From Eledone cirrhosa (lineage: Eukaryota): 64,000 nucleotides of DNA. The stretch's first letter is position 1; the number at the start of each line of letters is the position of its first letter. The translations under genes were made by a program, and so were the position numbers. Positions 27,474 to 40,400 of the stretch are shown piece by piece. The stretch lies in contig OZ024757.1 of NCBI GenBank assembly GCA_964016885.1, forward strand, positions 20,708,001-20,772,000. The letters run 5' to 3'. The notes below the pieces were generated by a model that was not told the DNA's origin, did no database searches, and saw only the letters and a list, made by a program, of their open reading frames with translations.

Positions 27474-27794
27474 GCCTGAAGATAAATGTATATACACTTA
27501 ATGTCATTACTGTATAGAATCACATAAACACACACATATATACAGTACAGCAGTAAAACACACACACACACAAAGAAGACAATACACATACATAGGAGCA
27601 TTAAAAGATACAAATACCAGAAATAAAACACAGACAAACAACAGTAGTAAAATGTACACACACACACACACACGCATACACAAAAGTAAAACTAAAACCC
27701 ACATACACACACAGAGAAGTGAAACACATACACACACAACAACCACTAAACAAACAAATACAGTATCTATCCTATCACCTTGGAGACAATAGCT

Positions 27795-28245
27795 GCCATC
27801 TCCAGCCCCACCAACTGTCACTGGTCACCTCACCTCCACAACCATCTCCAGCCCCACCACCTCTCACTGGTCACCTCACCTTCACAACCATCTCCAGCCC
27901 CACCACCTCTCACTGGTCACCTCACAGCCACCTCCATCCAGCCCCACCACCTCTCACTGGTCACCTCACCTCCACAGCCACCTCCATCCATCCCCACCAC
28001 CTCTCACTGGTCACCTCACCTTCACTGCCATCTCCAGCCCCACCACCTCTCACTGGTCACCTCACCTCCACACCCACCTCCATCCAGCCCCACCACCTCT
28101 TACTGGTCACCTCATCTCCACAGCCACAGCCATCTCCATCCAGCCCACCATCTCTTACTCCCTCACTTCAGCCCACCATCTCTTACTCCCTCACTTCAGC
28201 CCACCATCTCTCACTCCCTCACTGGCCACCCCACCTCCACTGGTC
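27795..28245. repeat. C-rich ~50-bp minisatellite
   Basis: ccatctccagccccaccacctctcactggtcacctcacc repeated with variation. Confidence 0.9.
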
Positions 28246-28576
28246 AGTGGCTAAAGAACTAATTTCCACATCATGACCAGCTGAAATGAAACAACTTCCT
28301 ACAATAATGACTTGCTTTAATGATTCTACTTGGGGAAATAAAACAGAACTACAGACCCTTGAGTGTTGCCAATAAAATGTGTCAATTCTTCTTAGACAGG
28401 TCAGGCTATTATTGAAGAAATCTCTGATAAACAGCTTCTTTTATGACACTCAAAGCTCTAAGAATCTTGTTAGAGAATGCATAAAATTAAGGACACATTT
28501 TTGTAACAGGTATGTTTTTATGTTAGGCTGCAAATTGCCAAATAGAATGCTTTGTGGTATTAGTTTCTGCTCTCTG

Positions 28577-28924
28577 CGACTAACCCAGGTTCTGCTGCAC
28601 GTTGGGCTGAGGAGGCCAAGCTCCTCAAATACCGGTCGCTCTCCGACAGGTTTGCGGTTGTACCCCTGGCAGTGGAGACTTCTGGTGTCCTCGGGGGCCC
28701 CAGGGCTACCTCCCTACTAACCCCCGACAGGCGCTGGGGCTGGCCAGCCGCAGGTGTGATACCCCGCGAGCTGGAGTGGCTTTTCCAGCGCGTCTCCCTT
28801 GCCGTCCTCCGGGACAACGCCTTCTCCATCCTGTCTGCCGGGGCTGTGGGGGGACCCCAATCGCGTAACATTCCATATTTAAGTATGTGCGCTATCATAT
28901 ACTATTATCAGTGAATAGATTAAC
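28577..28924 (+). mobile_element. 5'-truncated CRE-like non-LTR retrotransposon (restriction-like endonuclease C-terminus) with 15-bp TSD
   Basis: AEEAKLLKY...FAVVPLAVETSGVLG and RELEWLFQRVSLAVLRDNA; TSD agtttctgctctctg at 28562-28576 and 28925-28939; GC-rich island. Confidence 0.8.
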
Positions 28925-29542
28925 AGTTTCTGCTCTCTGAATTCAGGTTTGCTTTTCATCGAGTCCAGGTCGGTAAACAAAGTACCAGTCTAGTACTGGG
29001 GTTGGTTCTTCCTTTATATCTTTCTCACTCAATTCTCTCATTTTTTATCCTTCTCTGGAAGAAACCTATGGTATTCAGACATGGAGATGGGCTCAGCCTG
29101 GTTTAAAACTGCCCTCGAAACACCACAGTGTTCCTATGACACCCTCAGGAGTTCATACATACATTCCATTTGTTGTTGAACCCCAGGTCATCTCTGTTCA
29201 AGCAGATCTATGACCAAACATTTATCATCTGTGAATATCCTATCTTAATTCTTATCTTCACACACTGACTATGATGGTGATGATGATGATGATCATCATC
29301 ATCAACAACATCATTATTATTTTTACATACCAATTTTCCATGCTAGTATAGATTGGACTGGATGTTTTGAGACAATGTTTTACAGCCAGATACCCCTTTT
29401 CACACCAAAACTTTTAGTTACCTCTAATGACACACAGGTATATGAAAGGAACCAAATAAATATATTTAAAACAAAAAAAAAGACTCTAGTTGCATTTTCG
29501 ATTTCATCTTTTTTCCTTACACACACAGACATATACATATAT

Positions 29543-29750
29543 ACTCAGCTGTAGAAATGAGATGATAGGGACTGGGGTCCCTATCATTCCACTGCAAAGT
29601 GGTCGTGGAGGTGTCACGGCAAAAAAGCCCCCAGCACTCACTGTAAATGAGGTTGGTGTTAGGAAGGGCATGTAGAAATCAAGCCAGAATCAGTTCCCGT
29701 CCCACCCTTGCAAGCAGGGAAAAGTGGACGTAAAATGAAATGATGATGAT
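29543..29750 (+). mobile_element. SINE family B, 5'-truncated
   Basis: Core and tail match family B. Confidence 0.9.
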
Positions 29751-29904
29751 ATATATATATATATAAAACAAATCATACGCAAAACGCCAGCACCAACAGT
29801 TTTGCAAGAGATGTCAACATGAATGGACCTGTTATTTTTATCTAAAGACATTTTTTCCAATTCCATCCCGCCCGTCCCCTCAATCTATCTTATTTCTCAT
29901 TCTT

Positions 29905-29940
29905 TCTTCTGATGAAGGACTAGCGTCTGAAACGTCAAGA
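29905..29940 (+). ncRNA. Minimal type I hammerhead ribozyme, family A, canonical GUC site
   Basis: UCUU-CUGAUGA-A-GGAC uagc GUCU-GAAA-C-GUC-AAGA. Confidence 0.85.
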
Positions 29941-30047
29941 CCCTCTTCCTGCTATATCAAGCATTAACCTAATATATACCTTCCATATACTGTACCGATT
30001 GTGTTGTTATTTCTGTTTACCTTTTACATACATATATACGTATATGT

Positions 30048-30099
<52 letters not shown>

Positions 30100-30367
30100 T
30101 TATTGTTATATTTGGGGAGGGTCATATTTGCGTAATATTGCCAGAATTAATAACAGAACACACTCACTGTTTGGTTGGTTTTCGCTTCTCGCTGTCTTTT
30201 ATATATATATATCTGCGATCTAACTTACTCGGTCCTCAATGTTGCCATTGACTGACCGGCGGTCAAAAATAATACAGATACAATATAGACAAACACATAT
30301 ATATATAGTTTACATAAATCTTACATATATTTATTTAGTTATGTAATAAACAACATAAGATAATTAT

Positions 30368-30427
30368 TTCATTTACCAGTGGTTTCTTGAAAGCAGATGC
30401 TAATCTGTTTTCAGTCGTCAGAATGAA
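30368..30427 (-). ncRNA. Type I hammerhead ribozyme, family D
   Basis: UUCAUU-CUGACGA-c UGAAAaCAGAU uagc AUCUGcUUUCA a-GAAA-CCA c UGG-UA-AAUGAA. Confidence 0.8.
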
Positions 30428-30463
30428 TAAAAAATATGGTGTTTTTATTAAATATGGATATAC

Positions 30464-30520
<57 letters not shown>

Positions 30521-30646
30521 TTGCCTATTAGTCAGTTAGTACACCTCCGTCTAATATTTTAGCAAAACTACAACAGGTTATTAGCAGGCAGACAGTCTGA
30601 TAGGGTGGCTGAACAGCTTATCACTTATTTGGTTATTTATGTATGT

Positions 30647-30681
<35 letters not shown>

Positions 30682-31223
30682 ATCATCTCATATATATATA
30701 TATATATATGCATATACATTTGCATATATATGCATATGTTTATGCACACACACACACATATATATATATATACACACATATATACATATATACACACACA
30801 CATATATACACACATATATATATATACACACACATATACATGTGCACACACACACATATATATATACGTACACACACACACATATACATGTGCACACACA
30901 TTCATATATTTTGAATATTGATAAGGATACTATTGCTACAGATTTAAGAGTAATCTGATTTGTAATTGTGTGTATGAGAGGGAGAAGCAGATAGAGAAAG
31001 AGTGAGAGAGTGTGGGGGGGAGGGGGGGGGGGGTATAGGCAATATCTATAATTATATACGGTAGCTAATATATCTAATATATCTATATATAATGTAATAT
31101 GTTTGTTATCTGGAATATTCTAATAAATCTAATTAATAAGCTATAGCTAATAGCTCTAGCTTACTAATTCTCACATTTAAAGTCAGATTAATAATATATA
31201 AAATATCTATCTAGCAGTCAGCA

Positions 31224-31918
<695 letters not shown>

Positions 31919-32028
31919 ATGAATATAAGTAAAAGGGATGTTTAATATCAATGAAATATTATCCAAGAAAAACTTGAACCGTTAAGATCTCCTTCCTGGA
32001 TATGTCACTATTTATAAAACAAACTTTG

Positions 32029-32089
32029 TATTTTATCTGATGAGAGCGTATCAAAGTTTTGCTACCCTTGAAATATATATAATAGAATA
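32029..32089 (+). ncRNA. Type I hammerhead ribozyme, family B
   Basis: Same fold as 23569-23629. Confidence 0.72.
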
Positions 32090-32132
32090 AATATGGTTTT
32101 ATATATATAGTTTCCATTTATTAATATCATTG

Positions 32133-32180
<48 letters not shown>

Positions 32181-32444
32181 TAAAATAACAGATTAAAGTT
32201 TAACAAAGAAGATCCCGTTAAGGGTGAAAGCAGCGATTCTTTGCTTAAACTTTAATCTGTTATTTTAATAAATATTTGCTCTACGGTTCATATATATTTG
32301 ATATATATTTATCCTTATCGAGCCCTCTTTGGATTTTAGTCTTCAAATTTATTATTATTACTATTAATATATATATATATATATAAATGTGTGTGAATGA
32401 CCAAGTATAGACGAGTTGAGAAAGAAACCGGGTATAAGAAGGAT

Positions 32445-32845
32445 AAGTTGTGGTGTGCAGGAGAGAGGGCTGAGATGGTATGGACATGTGATGACCGGTG
32501 GGTAGAGAAGTGCCAAGAAATCCCAGTAGAAGGAAGACGCAGTAGAAGTAGACCACGAAAAACATGGGCGGAGGTGGTGAGAGCATGTGTGCAGGAGAGA
32601 GGGCTGAGATGGTATGGACATGAGGATGACCGGTGGGTAGAGAAGTGCCAAGAAATCCCAGTAGAAGGAAGACGCAGTAGAGGTAGACCACGAAAAACAT
32701 GGGCGGAGGTGGTGAGAACAGACCTCAGATCGCTGAAACTCACCGAGGAGATGACGAAGGACGGTGACAAGTGGAGAGATGCTGTGCTGAATAGGACCCA
32801 TCCAACATTGCAAGCAGGGAAAAGTGGACGTAAAATGATGATATA
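32445..32845 (+). mobile_element. RTE LINE 3' end with an internal ~134-bp duplication
   Basis: LRWYGH.DDRWVEKCQEIPVEGRRSRGRPRKTW present twice; tail shared with SINE B. Confidence 0.88.
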
Positions 32846-33019
32846 TATATCATCATCATCATCATCATCATCATCGTTTAACGTCCATTTTCCACGGTAG
32901 CATGGGTCTGGATATATATATATCCGATATTTGCATTGCTTTCTTGTGCTACAATAAAACTCACCTCCTACATAGATATATATAAAGAGAGAGAGAGAGA
33001 GAGAGAGAAACCCCCTTCA

Positions 33020-33305
33020 GTCTGATTGACCATGGGATTTCCAGCTGGAGGCTCAAATCCAGGCAAGGCTGTTTGCAGAAGACTACCAGTCACCCATGCA
33101 TACCAGTCTCCCCTCTCCACGCCACCGATGTTGTCCAAGGGAAAGGCAATGGTCGATACAGCTTGGCATGAGTGATGTCGCAACTCATTTCTACAGCTGA
33201 GTATACTGGAGCAACGTGTCTTGCTCAAGGACACAATGCATCACTGGGTCCGGGAATCAAACTCACAACTGCAATCACAATGCTCTTACTACTAAACCAT
33301 ACACC
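33020..33305 (-). mobile_element. tRNA/CORE SINE, a different subfamily from B
   Basis: gtcttgctcaaggacacaa CORE-like segment and tRNA-like head; different 3' body. Confidence 0.7.
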
Positions 33306-33661
33306 ATCTTTATATAGAGAGAGACTGGGTGTTACCAGTTTAGACTAGTAAGACCATGTTCAGCTAAGTACCTGATACTTGGGAAAGTAGAGTGTATGTA
33401 TTGTAAATGGTTACAGCACTATTTATATATATATATAAATACAAATAAATAACAAATAAATTATCGAGAATCGGAACTTCGGCCCACGAAATAACGAAAA
33501 ACAATCTTCGAAATGTGCGGCAAAGTGCTCAATGGTTCGGATAAACCAGAGCTATAACTAACGTTTAATACCAAACATACTGAAACGATGCTTAAACAAT
33601 CATTCGCACAGCCAAAAATACGACCAAGAGAATTCGAGTCAAACAAATAAAAATATATATG

Positions 33662-33826
33662 AATGAAAAATGAAAAATGAAAAATGAAAAATAAAAAATG
33701 AAAAATGAAAAATGAAAAATGAAAAATGAAAAATGAAAAATGAAAAATGAAAAATGAAAAATGAAAAATGAAAAATGAAAAATGAAAAATGAAAAATGAA
33801 AAATGAAAAATGAAAAATGAAAAATA
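33662..33826. repeat. (TGAAAAA)n heptamer array
   Basis: About 23 direct copies. Confidence 0.95.
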
Positions 33827-34276
33827 AAAAAATATATATATAAATAGTATTATATATATATATCGACAAAATAAACTCTACTCTCAAAGATGGCATGTTA
33901 CAATTAACATACCGGGAGTACGAATTTGTTCCCTTGTTTTGGAGGACTGAGTTGTGGGAGGGAGGGTTTAACATACAGTCTTCTCTTTCCTCCTCCATTG
34001 TAAAGATCTCCCCAGGGGTTCCATTATTGATTTTTATTGAAATCCAATTAGCCAGTCCTGTTTCTGAATATTAGCTTAATATGTGTGTAAAGCTTCATCA
34101 GGATTGGATCACTGGTGTAGGCATCAACTGGTTACACACAGACAAAAAGAAACTTCCATTTATATAGTATATATAGTATATATATACTATATAAATGTGT
34201 GTAATCAGTTGGTGCCTACACCAGTGATCCAATCCTGATGAAACTTTACACACATATTAAGCTAATATTCAGAAAC

Positions 34277-34970
34277 ATACAGGAAGTCCTCAACCAATTC
34301 TAGCGGCTTCCCGCCTACATTAGTGATCCCCTCTGGCTTCTCAACATTCTCTACCAGATATTTTGTTTTAGTCTCATTCATTCTCAGCCCCACACTCATC
34401 GACACAGTCTCAACCTCCTGCATCAAAATCCTCTTTGGGAGCAAAGATTTGGAATACGGAAGATGATGTGGTTGAGAGGAAGAGCAAAGCCTGGGCGGCG
34501 TGCCACAGCTTGAGATCGGTGTGGAAGTCGGACCTTCGTAAAGACCTGAAAATCCACCTCTTCATTGCTGTAGTGGAGTCTGTGCTGCTGTACGGGTCTG
34601 AGACTTGGACACTGACCAAGAAACTCACTCAGATGGTGGATGGGTGCTACACGAGAATGCTGAGGATGGCTCTGAACATTAATCAGTATACACTGAGGAA
34701 GAAAAACTCAGAGCTGTATGGGAGCCTCTCGAACGTCAGCTCAAAAGTGACACAGAGGAGACTGAGGTTAGCTGGACATGCTCACCGACACCCAGAGTTG
34801 ACATTGCACTCAGTGCTCCACTGGAAGAGGAAGACCAAGGTTAACCTATGTTGATGCCTTAAGGACAGACACTGGTCTGTTGGAGACGCAGGACATGGCA
34901 GCGATAATGAGGGACAGAGACCGCTGGAGAGAACTCGTCCATGGATCTCGGGAATTTTACCCGCCCTAGA
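34277..34970 (+). mobile_element. RTE-clade LINE fragment with 5' inversion
   Basis: Minus strand 34277-34430 GLRMNETKTKY..VEDFLY continues on the plus strand as LGAKI..RKSKAW..LLYGSETWTLT..RRLRLAGH. Confidence 0.85.
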
Positions 34971-35565
34971 TAGATATATATATATATATATATAGGCGCT
35001 GTGTGGTTACTAATGAATATTGTTTAGAAACGTAAGAGAAACCCAAATATAAGGACAATTTTCACTCTTCGGCTGTCTGCTGTGGGTCGCTGATGTTTCA
35101 CGCTAGCATGGGTTAGATGGGAATTGTCCCACTTGAAGCAAGATTGATTGGGTGACCGTGTCCCGCTCGTACACGACTGTATCTGGCAGGTTTTCTACGG
35201 CTGGATGCCCTTTCTAACACCAACCATATTTGCAGTATGGACTGAGAGCCTTTTTACCGTGTCTCCTACACGACCACTTTACAGCGTGGACTGGGTGCTT
35301 TTTGCCGTGACACCTACACAACCTCTTTTGTGTGGACTGGATGTTTTGTGGTACCAATATAACTTTACAGAGAAAGGGTGGTGTTGGCGGGAGTGGTGGG
35401 ATGGAGTAGGGGTAGTGGGTTGGGGTGTATATTTGGTCAAGAGGTGCCTAGTGACTGTAGGTTAACTTTGTATGCAAGGGAAGGCGGGTCTTCTGTATTA
35501 CTGCATAGCGCCAAAGGTCTCGATCCATGTATATATGTATATGTATATATGTATGTATGTATGTA

Positions 35566-36457
35566 CAGAGTGTGAACGATATTTGTTCGCAATTTTCAAC
35601 TGCTAATTTTATGCCAATTTTTTTTACTTCCGTTGTCACTCTTGTCTTCATAAAAACAGTGACTATATTTCCATTATTTATTTTCAGAATAATTGATTAT
35701 GAATAATTTTGAAAACTCCAAATGTGTGGAAGAGACACAGAGTTCTTCTTGGAATCCGCGCCGGGAGGACAAATAAGGACCAGAAGATCAACTCCCAGAA
35801 CAACAGGTGGCTCGCTGTCTAATCCAAAGACGTGCACAGAGTCAAGCAGACAAAGTTTCCAGCGACAACATTGGTCTTAGGTGTCGTCAGCAGTCAAGGT
35901 GACGTCATGCCACCTCACTTCTTCCCCGAGGGCCTCAAGCTGAACACTGATGGCTACATCCGCGTTCTGAGCGAGGTAGTAAAGCCCTGGATCGACCAGG
36001 TAGCTGCAGGTAGGCCGTACGTGTGGCAGCAAGACTCAGCGCCCTGCCATACCAGCCAAAAGACCCAAGCCTGGCTGTCAGAACTTCGTCGACCACATTT
36101 TACATGACATCTGGCCTCCCAGCTCGCCTGACTGCAACCCCCTCAACTTCTTTGTGTGGGGTGCAGTGGAACGAGACACCAACAGATCTAGCTGTAATAC
36201 GAAAGACGATCTGAAGGCCAGGATCACAAGTGCCTTTAGGGGCCTAAGTCGGGAGACAGTGACGAAGGCCTGTAGCCGGTTCCGAGGCCGCCTTGAGGCC
36301 GTCATCAAAGCCAATAGCAGGTTTATCGAGTGAGATCGAAAGAACAAGTCATGAAGACAAACTGACCCAAGTTTGATAAATATATCTTAAAAAATAAAAC
36401 TACTGTGTTATTTTTTCCTAGACAGTAATCTTGCGAACAAATATCGTCCGCACCCTG
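35566..36457 (+). mobile_element. Internally deleted Tc1/mariner element, DD37D (maT) type, pseudo-transposase
   Basis: TA|cagagtgtgaacgatatttgttcgcaa ... ttgcgaacaaatatcgtccgcaccctg|TA; QQDSAPCH...WPPSSPDCNPLN, 37-residue spacing after correcting one frameshift. Confidence 0.9.
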
Positions 36458-37262
36458 TATAAATGTATAGCCAACAACGATTGTTTAATGATTTGCTGAC
36501 ATAGAAATGGGTGATGTTTGCTTGTTATGAAAATTACTTGTGATAGGCCAACATCTAGAACTGTCTTCAGTCAATATATTTCTCTGACATTCTCACCTCT
36601 CATAATTATTATCAATATTTTCATATTTTCCTCAGTATTTTAAATTCGATTCTTTTCAGTTTTTTTACCCTATAGACATTTTGTTATATTCTGAGATGAA
36701 GGATTGATAGTTTTGAATTCATCAACATCAACACCACCGCCGCTGTCACCGCCATCATCATCATCATCATCATCCTCACCACCACCTGATATGACTTGTC
36801 TCACAACGGGACGACTTGTCTAAACCATGCTAGTGTGAAATACATGCAGTTGAGTTTATGAAGAGCAGACAGTAGAATGGTTGTGTTTCTTTGGCTAATG
36901 ATATACAGTTGACCACAAAAGGGTTCTCCACATGTACAAAAGTATGACTATATGATGTCTGTGTGCAAAGTACGATGCTGCATGGTAGTGAAACATGAGC
37001 TGTGATTGCAGAGAACTTACGTAGGCTGGAGAGAAAGGAAGCAGCCATGCTTTGTTGGGTGTGCAATGTAAATGTGAGAGAAAGGCAGAGCTTGAATGAA
37101 CTGAGGGAGAAACTGGGTTTAAGTGGAATCTGATGTGGTGAGCAGGACAGGAGATTGAATTGGTAAGGACATGTGACGCACATGGATGGTGATTGATGGG
37201 TGAAAAAGTGTCAGGAAATCCCAATGGAAGGAAGCTGTAGTAAAGGTAGGCCAAGTAAGACC

Positions 37263-38136
37263 TGTAGGTGACACTAGGGGGTCACTACCGTCCCAAAGGG
37301 ACATCGGGGTCACCACTTTAGATGAATGGTATTATCATCATTTCATTTTACGTCCGCTTTTTTTCCCTGCTTGCAAGGGTGGGACGGGAACTGGTTCTGG
37401 CTTGATTTCTACAGCTGGATGCCCTTCCTAACACCAACCTCATTTACAGTGAGTGCTGGGTGCTTTTTGCCGTGGCACCTCCACGACCACTTTGCAGTGG
37501 AATGATATGGACCCCAGTCCCTATCATCTCATTTCTACAGCTGAGTAAACTGGAGCAATGTGAAATAAAGTGTCTTGCTCAAGGAAACAACACATCACCC
37601 GGTCTGAGAATTGAACGCACAATCTTTCGATTGCAAGGCCAATGCTCTAACCACTTAGCCATATGCCTCCATATATATATATATATTTTATTACTACTGT
37701 TTTAGAAATAACATGAAAGGTTGATTTAATTTGTTTGTAGATAGGTTTACTTCACGGAAGTTAAGAGAGAACAATATATAAGTTACCGGAGAATACAGAG
37801 TTTGTTGATGTTTCAGGTAGCGGAATGATTGAGACCAAAGTTTGTACTGGAGTTTGTGCTTGGTGAGAGAGGGGCTCTTACATGTTCACTGGTGTAGTTA
37901 GGTCTTCGCCTCCACACTTGTCGTGGGAGAAATCAGCTCCGTTCTCCAGGGCTGCTACATCGCTAATCAGAGTGAGGTAGCGAAAGAGAGAGAGAATGTT
38001 CTGGGGGTCTCAATATATAGTCCCAAAGGGGGGACATAACTCCGATTACTTCTTGTAGGTGACACTAGGGGTCACTACCGTCCCAAAGGGACGTAACTCT
38101 AATGAGTTCTGGGTTCCACCACTAAGGGTTACTGCA
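37263..38136 (-). mobile_element. Probable solo LTR (TG...CA, 4-bp TSD)
   Basis: gacc|TGTAG ... CTGCA|gacc; internal direct repeat tgtaggtgacactaggggtcactaccgtcccaaaggga; strand inferred from TATA-like and ATTAAA positions. Confidence 0.75.
37333..37670 (-). mobile_element. SINE family B nested in the LTR
   Basis: Full-length family consensus. Confidence 0.92.
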
Positions 38137-38439
38137 GACCCGAATGGAGGTTGTGTGAGATGATTTCAAATTGCTGAAACTCACGGAGGAGATGATGAAG
38201 GAACGCAGCAAGTCGGGAGATGCAAGTGTGGGAAAATGGACATGAAAACAATGATGATTAGTCTACACCTTTTTTGCCCTCTGAAACAATCATAAAACAA
38301 TGGATTAATTAACTATTACACCTCTTGTTTTATTGTTGGACATGAATTTCTCAGTGTGTATCAGTAAGGCTTTATGGATGTGACAAATGTAAGTATTGTA
38401 AATAAGTATTACAGTGAATAAACCACAAAATCAAATATG

Positions 38440-38700
38440 TCCCAGCCCCGATCACTGGCTCTATTTCTCTCCTCCAGTCATTTTCATCCTTCCTCAACAC
38501 ATGACCCAACCATTTCAGTCCATTTCTCACCATAAAACCCATCACTAACTCCATTCCCATCAGTTCTCTACAATACAGACTAATGTCAGATATAAACCAT
38601 GCTCTCCTAATATTCTAGTGTTCTAGCTGTGATGTAAACTCACCATTAATATGAAAACTATCGATATTTCTTGCTATTCCAGTTTTGTCTGTCTGGCCTT
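38440..38700 (-). mobile_element. Decayed RTE-like LINE fragment
   Basis: RNGLKWLGHVLRKDENDW motif. Confidence 0.55.
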
Positions 38701-38837
38701 AACTATGACAACATTCTCTATTTACAACACCCGCATCAATAATATAGAAACATAGATAATTATGTCGACAACTGAGAGTGTGTGAGTATGGAGGAGTGAA
38801 ATACATGTGTATATATATATATATATATGTGTGTATG

Positions 38838-38868
<31 letters not shown>

Positions 38869-39348
38869 GGGATAACAAGTTATCGTTTTAGGTAATCCAG
38901 TTAGAAGTTGTGAGTACTCTGTATTGTGGATAGTTTTAATGTACGGCGTTGTTTGACTCAACAAGAGGTCTCCTTAGGTAGCGAGTTTGTGAGATCTCGG
39001 GAATTCCTATGCGAGTTAAATATTGTATATACATATATTGTGTGTATATATATATATATATACACAAATGAAAATAGAGAAATTAATGTAAGCAAAAAGG
39101 CGACAGTAATTCAGACATATAAGTGACTATAACATCAAGATGTAAAATTTTTAACATAAGATATGGGATAAATAATTCAATCTAATTCAAAACAAGTCAA
39201 GAAGAAAAAATTATCATCATCAGACTTTGTGTAAGCTGGGGAAATATATTGTATATATATATATATATATATATTGTATATACATATATATATATATATA
39301 TTCATCATCATCGTCATTTTACGTCCGCTTTTCCCTGCTTGCAAGGGT

Positions 39349-39389
<41 letters not shown>

Positions 39390-39529
39390 TATATATATAT
39401 ATATATATATATCAAAGACAATGACACACGACCGTGACTTCTGGCGTCACGCAGTAATACAGAGTACCCGACCTCCCATGGGTACATGCTGAAGCATATA
39501 AACAATATGCCCCCACACCCCCCACCGCA

Positions 39530-39797
39530 AGGTGGTCGTGGAGGTGCCACGGCAAAAAAGCACCCAGCCCACACTGTAAAGTGGACGTGTAGGCGCCACG
39601 AAAAAGCACCCAGCACTCACTGTAAATGAGGTTGGTGTTAGGAAGGGCATCCAGCTGTAGAAATCAAGCCAGATCAGTTCCTGTATGAGCAAGGCATGGT
39701 CAGCCGACCAGACACTGCACACAACAGGACAACCCGTCTAACCCATGCTAGCGTGGAAGAACGGGCGTAAAACGATGATGATGATGATGATGATGAT
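39530..39797 (+). mobile_element. SINE B core with an alternative 3' tail
   Basis: Core up to atcagttcc, then a tail ending aacccatgctagcgtggaagaacgggcgtaaaacgatgatg. Confidence 0.75.
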
Positions 39798-40212
39798 ATA
39801 TATCATATATATATATATATATATTGCCAGAGACGCTTCCGTGCTAGCGAGACATGGTCTCCCGACCATTCCCGCATCAAATGGAACAAAACAGTCTAAC
39901 CCATGCTAGCATGGAAGATGGACGTTAAACAATGATGATGATTGCATATATATATATATATATATATAGTCTCATTATATATCCCGCCGAGGTTAACTTT
40001 GCCTTTCATCCTTTCGGGGTCGATAAAATAAAGTACCAGTAATACACTGGGTAATTGCTGGCCTTGTGCCAAAAGTAGAAACAATTATATATATATATAT
40101 ATTATCATTAAAAAGATATATATTTTTATTTTTCTATGCATCAAATGAATAAATCAATGAATTAGTTAAAAGAAACATTTTGTAATTAATTTAATTTTGT
40201 AATCATTAATAA

Positions 40213-40400
40213 ATAATTGTTTCTACTTTTGGCACAAGGCCAGCAAATACCCAGTACATTACTGGTACTTTATTTTATCAACCCCGTAAGGATGAAAGGC
40301 AAAGTTAACCTCGGCGGGATTTGAACTCAGAATGGCAAGGGCCATAACTCTTTGCGTCAAAGCATGACATCAGACCCTCTACCGATACTGCCAATCCACC
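40213..40400 (-). mobile_element. SINE family A
   Basis: Full head and tail; flanked by an aatcattaataaat-like duplication. Confidence 0.9.

Larger units (their letters stand above)
36870..38260 (+). mobile_element. Old RTE LINE fragment interrupted by a solo LTR
   Basis: MLHGSET*..LRRLERKEAAML..RLNW*GHV..WVKKCQEIP; resumes after 38140. Confidence 0.75.

Noticed and set aside
38745-38775. GAAA-CATA..TATG-TC half hammerhead (similar half motif at 49950-50050, minus strand)
   Set aside because: The CUGANGA half is missing; at most truncated relics, not counted
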